A stretch of 64,000 bases of DNA from Macrostomum hystrix. Taxonomy: Eukaryota; Animalia; Platyhelminthes. How positions within the stretch are numbered: position 1 is the first letter of the stretch; the number at the start of each line of letters is the position of its first letter. Position numbers and translations under genes: made by a program. The notes under the pieces are model-generated. The model saw nothing but the letters and a program-made list of their open reading frames with translations, searched no databases and was not told the origin of the DNA. Location of the stretch: positions 5,022,001 through 5,086,000 of the forward strand of contig CATNEN010000001.1 of assembly GCA_950097015.1 (NCBI GenBank), written 5' to 3'. Shown here in pieces: positions 27,700 through 40,134 of the stretch.

Positions 27700-29245
27700 C
27701 GGGTGAGATTTTATTAGATTTTAGTTTAGAGGGGTGAGATTTTAATAGATTTTAGTTTAGAAGGGTGAGATTTTAAAAGATGGTAGTTTAGAATGGTGAG
27801 ATTTTAATAGATGACAGTTTAGAAGGGTGAGATTTTAAAAGATGGTAGTTTAGAATGGTGAGATTTTATTAGATGACAGTTTAAAGGGGTGAGATTTTAA
27901 TAGATGACAGTTTAGAAGGGTGAGATTTTGATAGATGACAGTTTAGAAGGGTGAGATTTAAATAGATGGTAGTTTAGAAGGGTGAGATATTAATAGATTT
28001 TAGTTTAGAAGGGTGAGATTTAAATAGATGGTAGTTTAAAAGGGTGAGATTTAAATAGATGGTAGTTTAGAAGGGTGAGATTTTAATAGATTTTAGTTTA
28101 GAAGGGTGAGATTTTAATATATGGTAGTTTAAAAGGGTGAGATTTTAATAGATAACAGTTTAAAAGGGTGAGATTTTAATAGATGGTAGTTTAGAAGAAT
28201 GAGATTTTAAAAGATGGTAGTTTAGAAGGGTGAGATTTTAAAATATGGTAGTTTAAAAGGGTGAGATTTTAATAGATGGTAGTTTAGAAGGGTGAGATTT
28301 TAATTGATGGTAGTTTAGAAGGGTGAGATTTTAACATATTTTAGTTTAGAATGGTGAGATTTTAATAGATGGTAGTTTAGAAGGGTGATATTTTAATGGA
28401 TGACAGTTTAGAAGGGTGATATTTTAATGGATGACAGTTTAGAAGGATGAGATTTTAATAGATGACAGTTTAGAAGGGTGAGATTTTAAAAGATGGTAGT
28501 TTAGAATGGTGAGATTTTAATAGATGACAGTTTAGAAGGGTGAGATTTTAATAGATGACAGTTTAGAAGGGTGAGATTTTGATAGATGACAGTTTAGAAG
28601 GGTGAGATTTAAATAGATGGTAGTTTAGAAGGGTGAGATATTAATAGATTTTAGTTTAGAAGGGTGAGATTTAAATAGATGGTAGTTTAAAAGGGTGAGA
28701 TTTAAATAGATGGTAGTTTAGAAGGGTGAGATTTTAATAGATTTTAGTTTAGAAGGGTGAGATTTTAATATATGGTAGTTTAAAAGGGTGAGATTTTAAT
28801 AGATAACAGTTTAAAAGGGTGAGATTTTAATAGATGGCAGTTTAGAAGAATGAGATTTTAAAAGATGGTAGTTTAGAAGGGTGAGATTTTAAAATATGGT
28901 AGTTTAAAAGGGTGAGATTTTAATAGATGGTAGTTTAGAAGGGTGAGATTTTAATTGATGGTAGTTTAGAAGGGTGAGATTTTAACATATTTTAGTTTAG
29001 AATGGTGAGATTTTAATAGATGGTAGTTTAGAAGGGTGATATTTTAATGGATGACAGTTTAGAAGGGTGATATTTTAATGGATGACAGTTTAGAAGGATG
29101 AGATTTTAATAGATGACAGTTTAGAAGGGTGAGATTTTAAAAGATGGTAGTTTAGAATGGTGAGATTTTAATAGATGACAGTTTAGAAGGGTGAGATTTT
29201 AATAGATGACAGTTTAGAAGGTTGGGATTTTAATAGATTGGGTTT
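27700..29245. repeat. Minisatellite, 31-bp unit TAGTTTAGAAGGGTGAGATTTTAATAGATGG
   Basis: Direct inspection; 651-bp internal duplication. Confidence 0.95.
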
Positions 29246-29460
29246 AGATTCTGTGATAGAGTGCCATTAACATAGGTGAGATTTTGTTATGTTGTGCCAT
29301 TAGATTCTATGCATTTCTTTACAATGAGCAAAAGAAAGTTGGTGTTTGTAAACTGCAGAAACTATGACTGATATAGTGAATAACCACACTTCGGATTTTG
29401 TTTTTGCAGTGTTATAGCAGCCTGGTTCAACCAATCAAAATCGTTCTAGAAGAAAACACA

Positions 29461-30780
29461 ATGTCCTGCGGCGGCGATAATGGCGGCGGTTGCTGCGATG
29501 GTCACGATCACATTGACGCCAGCGCTGATCAATCGACGCGCTACTGTCTGCACCAGATGATTGACACGGAGAATTTGCAGTGCCTAAATGAAGCTACGCC
29601 AGGCTCTGGCAAATCAGTGTTTAGACCATGGTCGCAGCGATTAGAAATCGATGCTTTTGTTGAATCCGATTGCGACGAAGAGCTACTGTTTAATGTGCCA
29701 TTCACTGGCGTTGTCCGAGTTAAAGGCATCGTTCTGATTGGCGGCGAAGGGGACACGAGACCAACTAAAATTAGATTATTTCGCAATAGGGAATATATGA
29801 CCTTCGATCAGGCTGGTGCTGATGCCGACCAAGAAATTGATATGTGCCCGGATCCTCATGGACTCATTGAGTATAGTCTCAAGCCGACTAAGTTTGGCTC
29901 GGTAAGTTGCTTATTAAAATGCTTTATTTAACTTTTATTTTGTTTTTAAAAAATATATTTCAACGTTGTATTTTTGATTTGGTTCATTTCCTGATCGATT
30001 TGGGTCATGTCATTATCGATTTGGGTCATGTCATTATCGATTTGGGTCATGTCATTATCGATTTGGGTCATGTCATTATCGATTTGGGTCATGTCATTAT
30101 CGATTTGGGTCATGTCATTATCGATTTGGGTCATGTCATTATCGATTTGGGTCATGTCATTATCGATTTGGGTCATGTCATTATCGATTTGGGTCATGTC
30201 ATTATCGATTTGGGTCATGTCATTATCAATTTAGGTCATGTCATTATCAATTTGAGTCATGTCATTATTGCTGTGGGTCATGTCATTATCAATTTGAGTC
30301 ATGTCATTATCGATTTGGGTCATGTCATTATTGCTGTGGGTCATGTCATTATCGAGTTTTTTTTCCTAGTCGATTTAGGTCACTTCCTGATTGATTTGGG
30401 TCATTTATTTTCCATTTGGGTCATTTCCTGATTGATGTGGGTCATTTCCTGATTGATGTGGGTCATTTGTATTCCATTATAGTCATTTCCAATCTGTTTA
30501 AAATATTTCATTATCGTTAGATCTTATTGTTGACCACTGTAATCTACGTTAATTAACCTTTAATTGTTCGCAGGTCAGCCACCTGTCTATTCACGTATCA
30601 GCCAACGCTGGCGGTGACACCAGCCGGGTTCATTACATTGGCCTTCGCGGCGATTTCTTAGAAGCGTTTCGTTCCAGAGTTGTTGTAGCCAATTATGAGA
30701 TTCGACCGCAGGCTGCCGATCATTCGGTTGGTTCGGACACTTTGGAATCCGGATTAAATCAGGCTGCGGCTTCTAAGTAG
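29461..30780 (+). CDS. PITHD1: PITH domain-containing protein 1. Exons 29461..29901, 30574..30780
   Basis: LQCLNE..VESDCDEELLFNVPFTG in exon 1. Exon 2 (absent from the ORF track) reads VSHLSIHVSANAGGDTSRVHYIGLRGDF..VVANYE..ADH. Confidence 0.9.
29990..30480. repeat. Minisatellite, 21-bp unit ATCGATTTGGGTCATGTCATT, PITHD1 intron
   Basis: Direct inspection. Confidence 0.95.
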
Positions 30781-30929
30781 ACTCAACAGAATGCCGTTAT
30801 TGGTCCGCGATTTTTTTATTTAGTTACATTTTTGTACATTGACAAAGACAATGAAATACTAATACAAAGAGTTGCACGTTTGAGAGTGAGTTGAAAGAAG
30901 TGAGTTAGTAATAATAGTAATAATCGCAG

Positions 30930-31120
30930 TAGTGGTAGGAGGCAATTCTGCCCATTTCGCTGACTCCTGAGCACACACGAACACAGATACTTTAACTGTG
31001 TGCAGGTGTGTACATCTGCCCTGACTTTCTCATCGTCAGGCAGTGTACACTCTCACTGTGCCTTGGAGGTTGGCCCTCAAGGGCGTAAATTGCACGACAA
31101 GCCACCAAGCCTTCTCTCCA
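30930..31120 (-). mobile_element. SINE-like repeat, copy 4 (tRNA head missing)
   Basis: Core aattctgcccatttcgctgactcctgagcac..ctttctcatcgtcaggcagtgtacac is shared with the other copies. Confidence 0.65.
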
Positions 31121-32124
31121 AATGAATGGGTCTGGGTCTCTCAAAGATCTCAGCCCGCTGGGTTCCCCGCCTCCTCACACCTCACATCATTTCCATAGAT
31201 TTTTGAGCTTGTGTAACACTACCCCTGACCTTCGCGCACGTTTCTTGCTGCAGCTCCTGAATAGAAAAAATATATGAACATGATTTTAACTTTGTTTTCT
31301 TTGTGACAAAATTTCCTTTCATTTGACACCATGGGCATGAAATTTCATGGCTCCGTTGAAGAGCTACCTTGGACATTCCGGGAACTTTTGGGACACCCCT
31401 CGTAACTAAGGCGCATTATGATCGTGTATAGTTGACCTAGAATGCATGAAGTAATCTTTCGGTCATTGCTAGCCTCAGTCATGTAATCTTAACCAGTTGG
31501 ATCTTCGCTGACATTGTGACTTACATTAATAGCTGTTATTAAAACTAAACTTTGGACAGTTTCAAATCCACTTTCGCTATTCTGAACCTTGTGCACTGAC
31601 CAATGTAGGGGCATTACCAAAAATTCTACGTTAAATGCACATTGAAAGAATGCAGTCAAATTAGTTTTTTTTTCTACCGGTTCATTGCTAGTTAATACTA
31701 GTATTTCATTTTCTGCATACTCCAGGTCCAAGGCTAAAATTTTATCTAGGTTTCATTAAACTTTGCTCTCTAGCTTCTGTTATTTAGAAATAGTTGTTCG
31801 GTAATTTAAGGGCGCCGCTTATCTGCCGTTTGAGAAGTCACGAGAAGAAACTGTTTTAAAGACTACATATTTTTAATAACTAACTTTTTTCAGTTACTAA
31901 ACTAACTAAGTTTTGATTGTTAGAAAAATTATTCACATAAACTTTATGATTAAATATTTGTTCGCATTTATCTTTAATCTAAAATGTAGGCTTTTGATGT
32001 CATAATTTGATGTATTTGCATATTGTAAAACTTGTTGTTGTTTATAGTGTAATTATTTAAAGTAAATAGTAAAACTATATTAAAAGTTAAGAATGAAACA
32101 GGTTATGGATTAGGACATATTGGT

Positions 32125-33780
32125 GAGATGAGACACGGGAGAGGTGAGACAGGGGAGAGATGAGACATGGGAGAGATGAGACAGGGGAGAGATGAGACAC
32201 GGGAGAGATGAGACACGGGAGAGATGAGACACGGGAGAGATGAGACACGGGAGAGATGAGACACGGGGGAGATGAGACACGGGAGAGATGAGACACGGGA
32301 GAGTTGAGACACGGGAGAGATGAGACACGGGAGAGATGAGACACGGGGGAGATGAGACACGGGAGAGATAAGACACGGGAGAGATTAGACAAGGGAGAGA
32401 TGAGACACGGGAGAGATGAGACACGGAAGAGATGAGACACGGGAGAGATGAGACACGGGAGAGATGAGACACGGGAGAGATGAGACATGGGAGAGATGAG
32501 ACACGGAAGAGATAAGACAGGGGAGAGGTGAGACGGGAGAGATTAGACAGGGGATAGATGAGACACGGGAGAGATGAGACACGGGAGAGATGAGACACGG
32601 GAGAGATTAGACAGGGTGAGAGATGAGACAGGGGAGAGGTGAGACAGGGGAGAGATGAGACACAGGAGAGATGAGGCATGGGAGAGATGAGACACGGGAG
32701 AGATGAGACACGGGAGAGATGAGACACGGGAGAGGTGAGACACGGGAGAGATGAGACACGGGAGAGATGAGACATGGGAGAGATGAGACACGGGAGAGAT
32801 GAGACACGGGAGAGATAAGACACGGAAGAGATGAGACAGGGGAGAGGTGAGACATGGGAGAGATGAGACAGGGGAGAGATGAGACACGGGAGAGATGAGA
32901 CACGGGAGAGATGAGACACGGGAGAGATAAGACACGGAAGAGATGAGACAGGGGAGAGATGAGACATGGGAGAGATGAGACAGGGGAGAGATGAGACACG
33001 GGAGAGATGAGACACGGGAGAGATGAGACACGGGAGAGATGAGACACGGGAGAGATGAGACACGGGGGAGATGAGACACGGGAGAGATGAGACACGGGAG
33101 AGTTGAGACACGGGAGAGATGAGACACGGGAGAGATGAGACACGGGGGAGATGGGACACGGGAGAGATAAGACACGGGAGAGATTAGACAAGGGAGAGAT
33201 GAGACACGGGAGAGATGAGACACGGAAGAGATGAGACACGGGAGAGATGAGACACGGGAGAGATGAGACACGGGAGAGATGAGACATGGGAGAGATGAGA
33301 CACGGAAGAGATAAGACAGGGGAGAGGTGAGACGGGAGAGATTAGACAGGGGATAGATGAGACACGGGAGAGATGAGACACGGGAGAGATGAGACACGGG
33401 AGAGATTAGACAGGGTGAGAGATGAGACAGGGGAGAGGTGAGACAGGGGAGAGATGAGACACAGGAGAGATGAGGCATGGGAGAGATGAGACACGGGAGA
33501 GATGAGACACGGGAGAGATGAGACACGGGAGAGGTGAGACACGGGAGAGATGAGACACGGGAGAGATGAGACATGGGAGAGATGAGACACGGGAGAGATG
33601 AGACACGGGAGAGATAAGACACGGAAGAGATGAGACAGGGGAGAGGTGAGACACGGGAGAGATGAGACACGGGAGAGATGAGACATGGGAGAGATGAGAC
33701 ACGGAAGAGATGAGACAGGGGAGAGATTAGACAGGGGATAGATGAGACACGGGAGAGATGAGACACGGGAGAGTTTAGAC
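32125..33780. repeat. Minisatellite, 16-bp unit GGGAGAGATGAGACAC (reverse complement of the 9.4-11.4 kb array)
   Basis: Direct inspection; 799-bp internal duplication. Confidence 0.97.
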
Positions 33781-33870
33781 AGCGAGAGACAAGACGGAGA
33801 AGAGTTAAGGCATAATAAACAATTAGTGGTTCAAGTTTTATATAACCAACAATTTACTTTACAGCAAACA

Positions 33871-34995
33871 ATGACGCAACCTCCAGAAGCAACAGAGCTG
33901 AGTCAGATTCGCTTTGCCAGATTCTGGTCGAATTATTGCACAGTTTGGCAGGCGTGTCGTCCGTCTATTCTAATTCGCAGTCAATTGTCAACAACTGCAG
34001 ATTTTAAACAGGCGACTAAAAGTGCAACTGAAACCAGTGATGGGGCCAGACAGAAACTATTAAAACAATTAGAAGCAGCGGAGCAACGATATAATCAGCA
34101 TCGACACTCTATTGATATATTGACAGAGAAATCTGCTGCTTTATCAGCTGTACGTCTAAATTTGATTAGTCATTGCGTCACCAATGCCAGACCTAGTGGC
34201 GGAGAATCGTTGTTGAATGGCGACCAATCAGTATTGATTGCCGAATATACCAGATTAGTTTCCGAGCGTAGTTGTAGTGATCCAGATTTTGACGACTACG
34301 GCGAAGATTTTCAAGGCTACGGCGAGGTTGGTCAAGGCTACGGCGAGGTTGGTCAAGGCTACGGCGAGGTTGGTCAAGGCTACGGCGAGGTTGGTCAAGG
34401 CTACGGCGAGGTTGGTCAAGGCTACGGCGAGGTTAGTCAAGGCTACGGCGAGGTTGGTCAAGGCTACGGCGAGGTTGGTCAAGGCTACGGCGAGGTTGGT
34501 CAAGGCTACGGCGAGGTTAGTCAAGGCTACGGCGAGTATGTTTACGATAAAGAAAATTACGCGAATGGCTACAATGAGGAAAATGACAATCAGAACTTTG
34601 AAGTCGACGAAGATTTGCAACTTGACGAGGGCTACGCAAATTTTGTTAGACAAACTGAAGCGCACAGACAGCGTCGCGACGGTTCTCATAGTGATTATAG
34701 AGACGGCGATTATGATAATAAAACTAGTTCGTCTACTGTGAGACATAACCCGGCTGATTTATCCGAGGTAGCCGGTAATCCGGCCCTACTATTAGATTTG
34801 CCTAATAGAAATCTGGCTCCAGTTGTGCAAGTTGGTCTTGAACGCACAATGGATATGCGTCGATTGTATGGCAGTCAGGCCGCTATTATCCAAGGTATGG
34901 AGACGGCTATGCAGCTAAGATTCGATCGCGCTTGCGATGAGGGCGCCCAGAGACCAGCTTATTGGCCTAGCATGCCGTTAAAACCCGAGTTTTAG
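33871..34995 (+). CDS. GEMIN8: Gem-associated protein 8 (SMN complex), single exon
   Basis: C-terminus MRRLYGSQAAIIQGMETAMQLRFDRACD..PAYWPSMPLK matches the Gemin8 signature; also FVRQTEAHRQRR and N-terminal RFARFWSNY. The ATG at 33871 follows a TTTACAG acceptor; the longer track ORF starts inside a repeat. Confidence 0.85.
   Translation: MTQPPEATELSQIRFARFWSNYCTVWQACRPSILIRSQLSTTADFKQATKSATETSDGARQKLLKQLEAAEQRYNQHRHSIDILTEKSAALSAVRLNLISHCVTNARPSGGESLLNGDQSVLIAEYTRLVSERSCSDPDFDDYGEDFQGYGEVGQGYGEVGQGYGEVGQGYGEVGQGYGEVGQGYGEVSQGYGEVGQGYGEVGQGYGEVGQGYGEVSQGYGEYVYDKENYANGYNEENDNQNFEVDEDLQLDEGYANFVRQTEAHRQRRDGSHSDYRDGDYDNKTSSSTVRHNPADLSEVAGNPALLLDLPNRNLAPVVQVGLERTMDMRRLYGSQAAIIQGMETAMQLRFDRACDEGAQRPAYWPSMPLKPEF
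34312..34536 (+). repeat. Coding 21-bp tandem repeat (GYGEVGQ x10) within GEMIN8
   Basis: CAAGGCTACGGCGAGGTTGGT units, in frame. Confidence 0.95.
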
Positions 34996-35639
34996 AAGTA
35001 TTTTGTCATCTGTAAATTAACATTTTAAATAGGTAAAGAGCGAGAGTAACTATGCATTCTAATTAGCGAACGTATGCTTCGTCATCTTATTTGCACATGC
35101 AGAGTTCTGAAACACTATTGACTAGGTAAGCAAACAATTGAACAGCTGTTCTAAATTCTCCTAACCTGTTCTATTGTTTCAGTATTCTTTTGTTATATGC
35201 CTGTTTCATGGAATTGTACCATGTGCATTGTTTTGTGATCGGAAGTAGCTAAAACTACTGGAATAAGTTTATTTTTATGGTCAATTGTATTGTGTTACGC
35301 CTACGCATAGTTTCAAACAAGGACAACTCCTATTTTTAGTCAATGTCTCAAAGTTCTATAACGCATTTGAATTGCTTAAAGTGAATTTTGCTACTGTGAG
35401 ATACACTAGATTATCAAATTATCATGCAATGGTTTTGTTAATTTTTTAACGGAAAATTAATAGGATTTGTTTACTATCTGTCAAAGTCAAGTTATAATTA
35501 TAATTTTTTGAACTCCAAACCTAGAGGTCCCAAGTTCGAATCTTGGCCCAAAAAGACAAGCCCATTTTGTCCTTAGGCGAATAATTCACCTCCAGTCCAT
35601 AGACTAAACAGCTGTACACAGACTTATTCTATTCTGAGA

Positions 35640-35870
35640 TTTAGAAACGCGTCTGCCTCTCGCACCATGGTCCCTGAGCTCGATTCCGCGGCGAGGCCAC
35701 ATTAATTTGGGGCGCAGCCGCGTAGAGAAGGCTTGGGGGCTTGTCGTGCAATTTACGCCCTTGAGGGTCAACCTTCAAGCCATAGTGAGAGTGTACACTG
35801 CCTGACGATGAGAAAGTCAGGGTAGATGTACACACCTGTGCGAGTGTGTGCTCAGGAATCAACAAAATGA
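35640..35870 (+). mobile_element. SINE-like repeat, copy 5
   Basis: cctctcgcaccatggtccctgagctcgattccgcggcgagg head plus core. Confidence 0.7.
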
Positions 35871-35982
35871 GTCCGCTATTATCATATTATTATGAGCCAG
35901 ATGTGTTTGATTAACTGTAAATTTTCCTATTTAATTTTTTCAGCTTCATCAACAAAAATCACAGTAAAGAAAATATATAGGC

Positions 35983-37802
35983 ATGTCAAACGATGCTGGC
36001 ACTAACAACAGTTCAGCAGTTGAACATCAGCCAACTGGTACTAAACTGCCTCGTCTAGAAAATGTCGTAGAAGCTTCTAAGGACGTTAACGAACAACCGT
36101 TGCACGATTTTTCTAGATTTCGCTTAGTTGAAGTATTGGATGGTTCGCAACGCTCCAAATATCTTGCCTTATTAGGAAGATTCGATTCATCTACTGACTC
36201 TGATACTGACACTACTAAAAGTACTAGCAACGATTCTCAATCATCGGCTATTCTACTATTAGAAAAAGAGGCATTTCCTGTGGAACAATTAAAGCCGGGG
36301 CGACCAATGAAATTATTCGATTTTCAATCTAACTCGGAGACAATTATGCACAATGATATTTGGCACAAGTATCGATTGGCATTAGATCCTAGTCTTTGTC
36401 TAGCCAAGGCCACTCTAGTTCATCCTGCTACTGATCGTCTGGCTAACAAATATCGTAGGCGACCAATGTACTTAGTAACCGAATCGCCTAGAGATTATGC
36501 CGAAATAACCCTGTTGGCATTGGAATCAGTCGGAGCTAAGCATAGCCTAGCCTGGGTTTCTAATCTGCTTGATGGTAGCGCCGAACGAGACCGACTAGTA
36601 TTCGACGATCCCGATCCCAATGTGGGATTTGTATTGCACGCCGATTTAAAATGGGACGGGCGTAGAACGGACGATTTGTATTGTTTGGCAGTTTGTAGGC
36701 TAACCGGGTTGCACTGTCTTCGTCAGCTTCAATCTGAGCATTTGCCTCTGTTGGAGAATCTTTTGAGCAAAGGAAGGACTGCTCTGAAGGAAAGGTTCGT
36801 GACAAGATTGCTAATAAATCACTCAATAATTAATCATTTAGCAACTTCCTAAATAATTCAGACATCTTGAATCATTCAGCTAATTTCTAAATGATTCAGA
36901 TACTTCCTGAATCATTCAGATACTTCCTGAATCATTCAGCTACTTCCTGATTCACGCAGCTACTTCCTGAATCACTCAGCTACTTCCTGAATCATTCAGC
37001 TACTTCCTGAATCACGCAGCTACTTCCTGAATCACTCAGCTACTTCCTGAATCATTCAGCTACTTCCTGAATCACTCAGCTACTTCCTGAATCACTCAGC
37101 TACTTCCTGAATCATTCAGCTACTTGCTGAATCACTCAGCTACTTCCTGAATAGTTCAGCTACTTCCTGAAACACTCAGCAACTTCTTGAATAGTTCAGC
37201 TACTTCCTGAAACACTCAGCTACTTCCTGAATCATTCAGCTACTTCCTGAATCACTCAGCTACTTCCTGAATCACGCAGCTACTTCCTGAATCATTCAGC
37301 TACTTCCTGAATCATTCAGCTACTTCCTGAATCACTCAGCTACTTCCTGAATCACGCAGCTACTTCCTGAATCATTCAGCTACTTCCTGAATCACTCAGC
37401 TACTTCCTAAATGACTCAGCTACTTCCTGAATCAATCAACTACTTCCTGAATCACTTTTAAAATCCAAAATGATTCTAAAAAATCACGAAATAACTATTT
37501 TAAAGTTAGTTAGTTAAACTTTACTATAAATAACTGACGTCCTCTTCAGATACGGTGTGCCAATCAGCCAGCAGCGAGTGTTCCTACACTACCAGCCTAG
37601 CTTCTATCATCTGCATGCTCATTTTACTCACGTCTCAGCTGACTGGCCGGGCCAACAAGCTGAACGAGCTCATCTACTCAACGATGTCATTAGTAATATT
37701 CGATTAATGCCTGATTATTATCAGCGCGCTACTTTGACCTTCCCAGTGAAACAAGGCGAGCCTTTGTACGATGCCTACAAACACCAGCTGGATTTGTCTT
37801 AA
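35983..37802 (+). CDS. DCPS: m7GpppX diphosphatase (scavenger decapping enzyme). Exons 35983..36794, 37550..37802
   Basis: LLLEKEAF, NDIW, ATLVHPAT, WVSNLLDG.AE.DR, DLKWDG, and the HIT motif HYQPSFYHLHAHF. Confidence 0.95.
36865..37455. repeat. Minisatellite, 20-bp unit TACTTCCTGAATCACTCAGC, DCPS intron
   Basis: Direct inspection. Confidence 0.95.
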
Positions 37803-38084
37803 TGGCAGCTGAACTCAACTTGTGTTTTTAGACAATAAAATCTGACATTTTATCATTAGTAACAATTAAGTTACTAAAGTTTGTTTAAACTTTCTGCTTG
37901 ATTTAGTTGTCTTGTAAACTTTATTCAATTGTTGCTTAAAATTTCTAATTGCTAAATACAAGTGTAAAATACACGTTTCTAATTTCATGACTTTCTACAT
38001 TCTCATTGAATGAAAAACATTGATTTTTTCAGTTGCTTATAAGAACTATTAGATTAGAAATATTTTTCAGGTTTATAATCAATT

Positions 38085-39555
38085 GTTAATCTACCCAGTT
38101 CTCAAATCTACCCAGTTCTCAATCTACCCAGTTCTCAAATCTACCCAGTTCTCAAATCTACCCAGTTCTCAATCTACCCAGTTCTCAAATCTACCCAGTT
38201 CTCAAATCTACCCAGTTCTCAAATCTACCCAGTTCTCAAATCTACCCAGTTCTTGATTTATCCAGCTCATAATCTACCCAGTTCATAATCTACCCAGTTC
38301 TCAATCTACCCAGTTCTCAAATCTACCCAGTTCTCAATCTACCCAGTTCTCAAATCTACCAAGTTCTCAAATCTACCCAGTTTTCAATCTACCCAGTTCT
38401 CAATCTACCCAGTTCTCAATCTACCCAGTTCTCAATCTATCCAGCTCATAATCTACCCAGTTCTCAATCTATCCAGTTCTCAAATCTACCCAGTTCTCAA
38501 TCTACCCAGTTCTCAAATCTACCCAGTTCTCAAATCTACCCAGTTCTCAATCTACCCAGTTCTCAAATCTACCCAGTTCTTGATTTATCCAGCTCATAAT
38601 CTACCCAGTTCATAATCTACCCAGTTCTCAATCTACCCAGTTCTCAAATCTACCCAGTTCTCAATCTACCCAGTTCTCAAATCTACCAAGTTCTCAAATC
38701 TACCCAGTTCTCAATCTACCCAGTTCTCAATCTACCTAGCTCATAATCTACCCAGCTCATAATCTACCCAGCTCATAATCTACCCAGTTCTCAATCTACC
38801 TAGCTCATAATCTACCCAGCTCATAATCTACCCAGCTAATAATCTACCCAGCTCATAATCTACCCAGTTCTCAATCTACCCAGCCCATAATCTACCCAGT
38901 TCTCAATCTACCAAGCTCATAATCTACCCAGTTCTCAATCTACCCAGTTCTCAATCTACCCAGTTCTCAATCTACCCAGTTCTCAATCTACCCAGTTCTC
39001 AATCTACCCAGCTCATAATCTACCCAGCTCATAATCTAGCCAGCTCATAATCTACCCAGTTCTCAATCTACCCAGTTCTCAATCTACCCAGTTCTCAATC
39101 TACCCAGCTCATAATCTACCCAGCTCATAATCTACCCAGCTCATAATCTACCCAGCTCATAATCTACCCAGCTCATAATCTACCCAGTTCTCAATCTACC
39201 TAGCTCATAATCTACCCAGCTCATAATCTACCCAGTTCTCAATCTATCCAGCTCATAATCTACCCAGCTCATAATCTACCCAGCTCATAATCTACCTAGC
39301 TCATAATCTACCCAGCTCATAATCTACCCAGCTCATAATCTACCCAGCTCATAATCTACCCAGGTCATAATCTACCTAGCTCATAATCTACCCAGCTCAT
39401 AATCTACCCAGCTCATAATCTACCCAGTTCTCAATCTACCTAGCTCATAATCTACCCAGCTCATAATCTACCCAGCTCATAATCTACCCAGTTCTCAAAT
39501 CTACCAGTTCCTCATGTAGTAAGCTAAAAATCTACCCAAAATCTACCCAGTTTTT
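38085..39555. repeat. Minisatellite, 16-17-bp unit AATCTACCCAGTTCTC / AATCTACCCAGCTCAT
   Basis: Direct inspection. Confidence 0.95.
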
Positions 39556-39660
39556 ATGAAAGAAATTGTAGATGCAAGTGTTTTTAATTTAAATTTCAGT
39601 TTGCGTAGAGAAGAGGCCATTAAGCCGTTGATAAAGCAATTCGACATTAACTAATAAAAA

Positions 39661-39939
39661 ATGGCCAAACGTACCAAGAAGGTCGGCATTGTCGGCAAAT
39701 ACGCCACTCGCTACGGTGCCTCATTGCGTAAGACTGTGAAAAAGATTGAAATTCAGCAGCACTCTAAGTACACCTGCTCATTCTGCGGCAAGGATGCTCT
39801 TAGGAGACAAGCCGTTGGCATCTGGCACTGTCGCGGATGTCGCAAGACCCTAGCAGGCGGAGCTTACACCTGTTCAACAACCGCCGCTGTCACTACTAGG
39901 GCTGCAATCAGGCGTCTGAGAGAACTCACCGAGGGTTGA
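39661..39939 (+). CDS. RPL37A: 60S ribosomal protein L37a (eL43), intronless CDS
   Basis: [25 protein letters not shown]2-C2 zinc finger, 92 aa. Confidence 0.98.
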   Translation: MAKRTKKVGIVGKYATRYGASLRKTVKKIEIQQHSKYTCSFCGKDALRRQAVGIWHCRGCRKTLAGGAYTCSTTAAVTTRAAIRRLRELTEG

Positions 39940-40134
39940 ATGAATGACCATTGAACAATTGCTGTGTTGCCTGTGTGTAACGCTGTTGTTTCGGTTCTGT
40001 CTGAAAAATGTCGATGGCTCAGTGAAGTTTAGGAATTAAGAAAATTGATTTGCTGAAGTGTGGAGAACTGTTTTTTTCTGGCTTTGCTTTGTTTTCTTTT
40101 GCTCAGATTATGCATTGATTCAGTTAGTTTTTAT

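Noticed and set aside
39936-40010. Possible C/D snoRNA after RPL37A (TGAATGA...CTGA)
   Set aside because: The C box is non-canonical and overlaps the stop codon, and there is no terminal stem; more likely plain 3' UTR.
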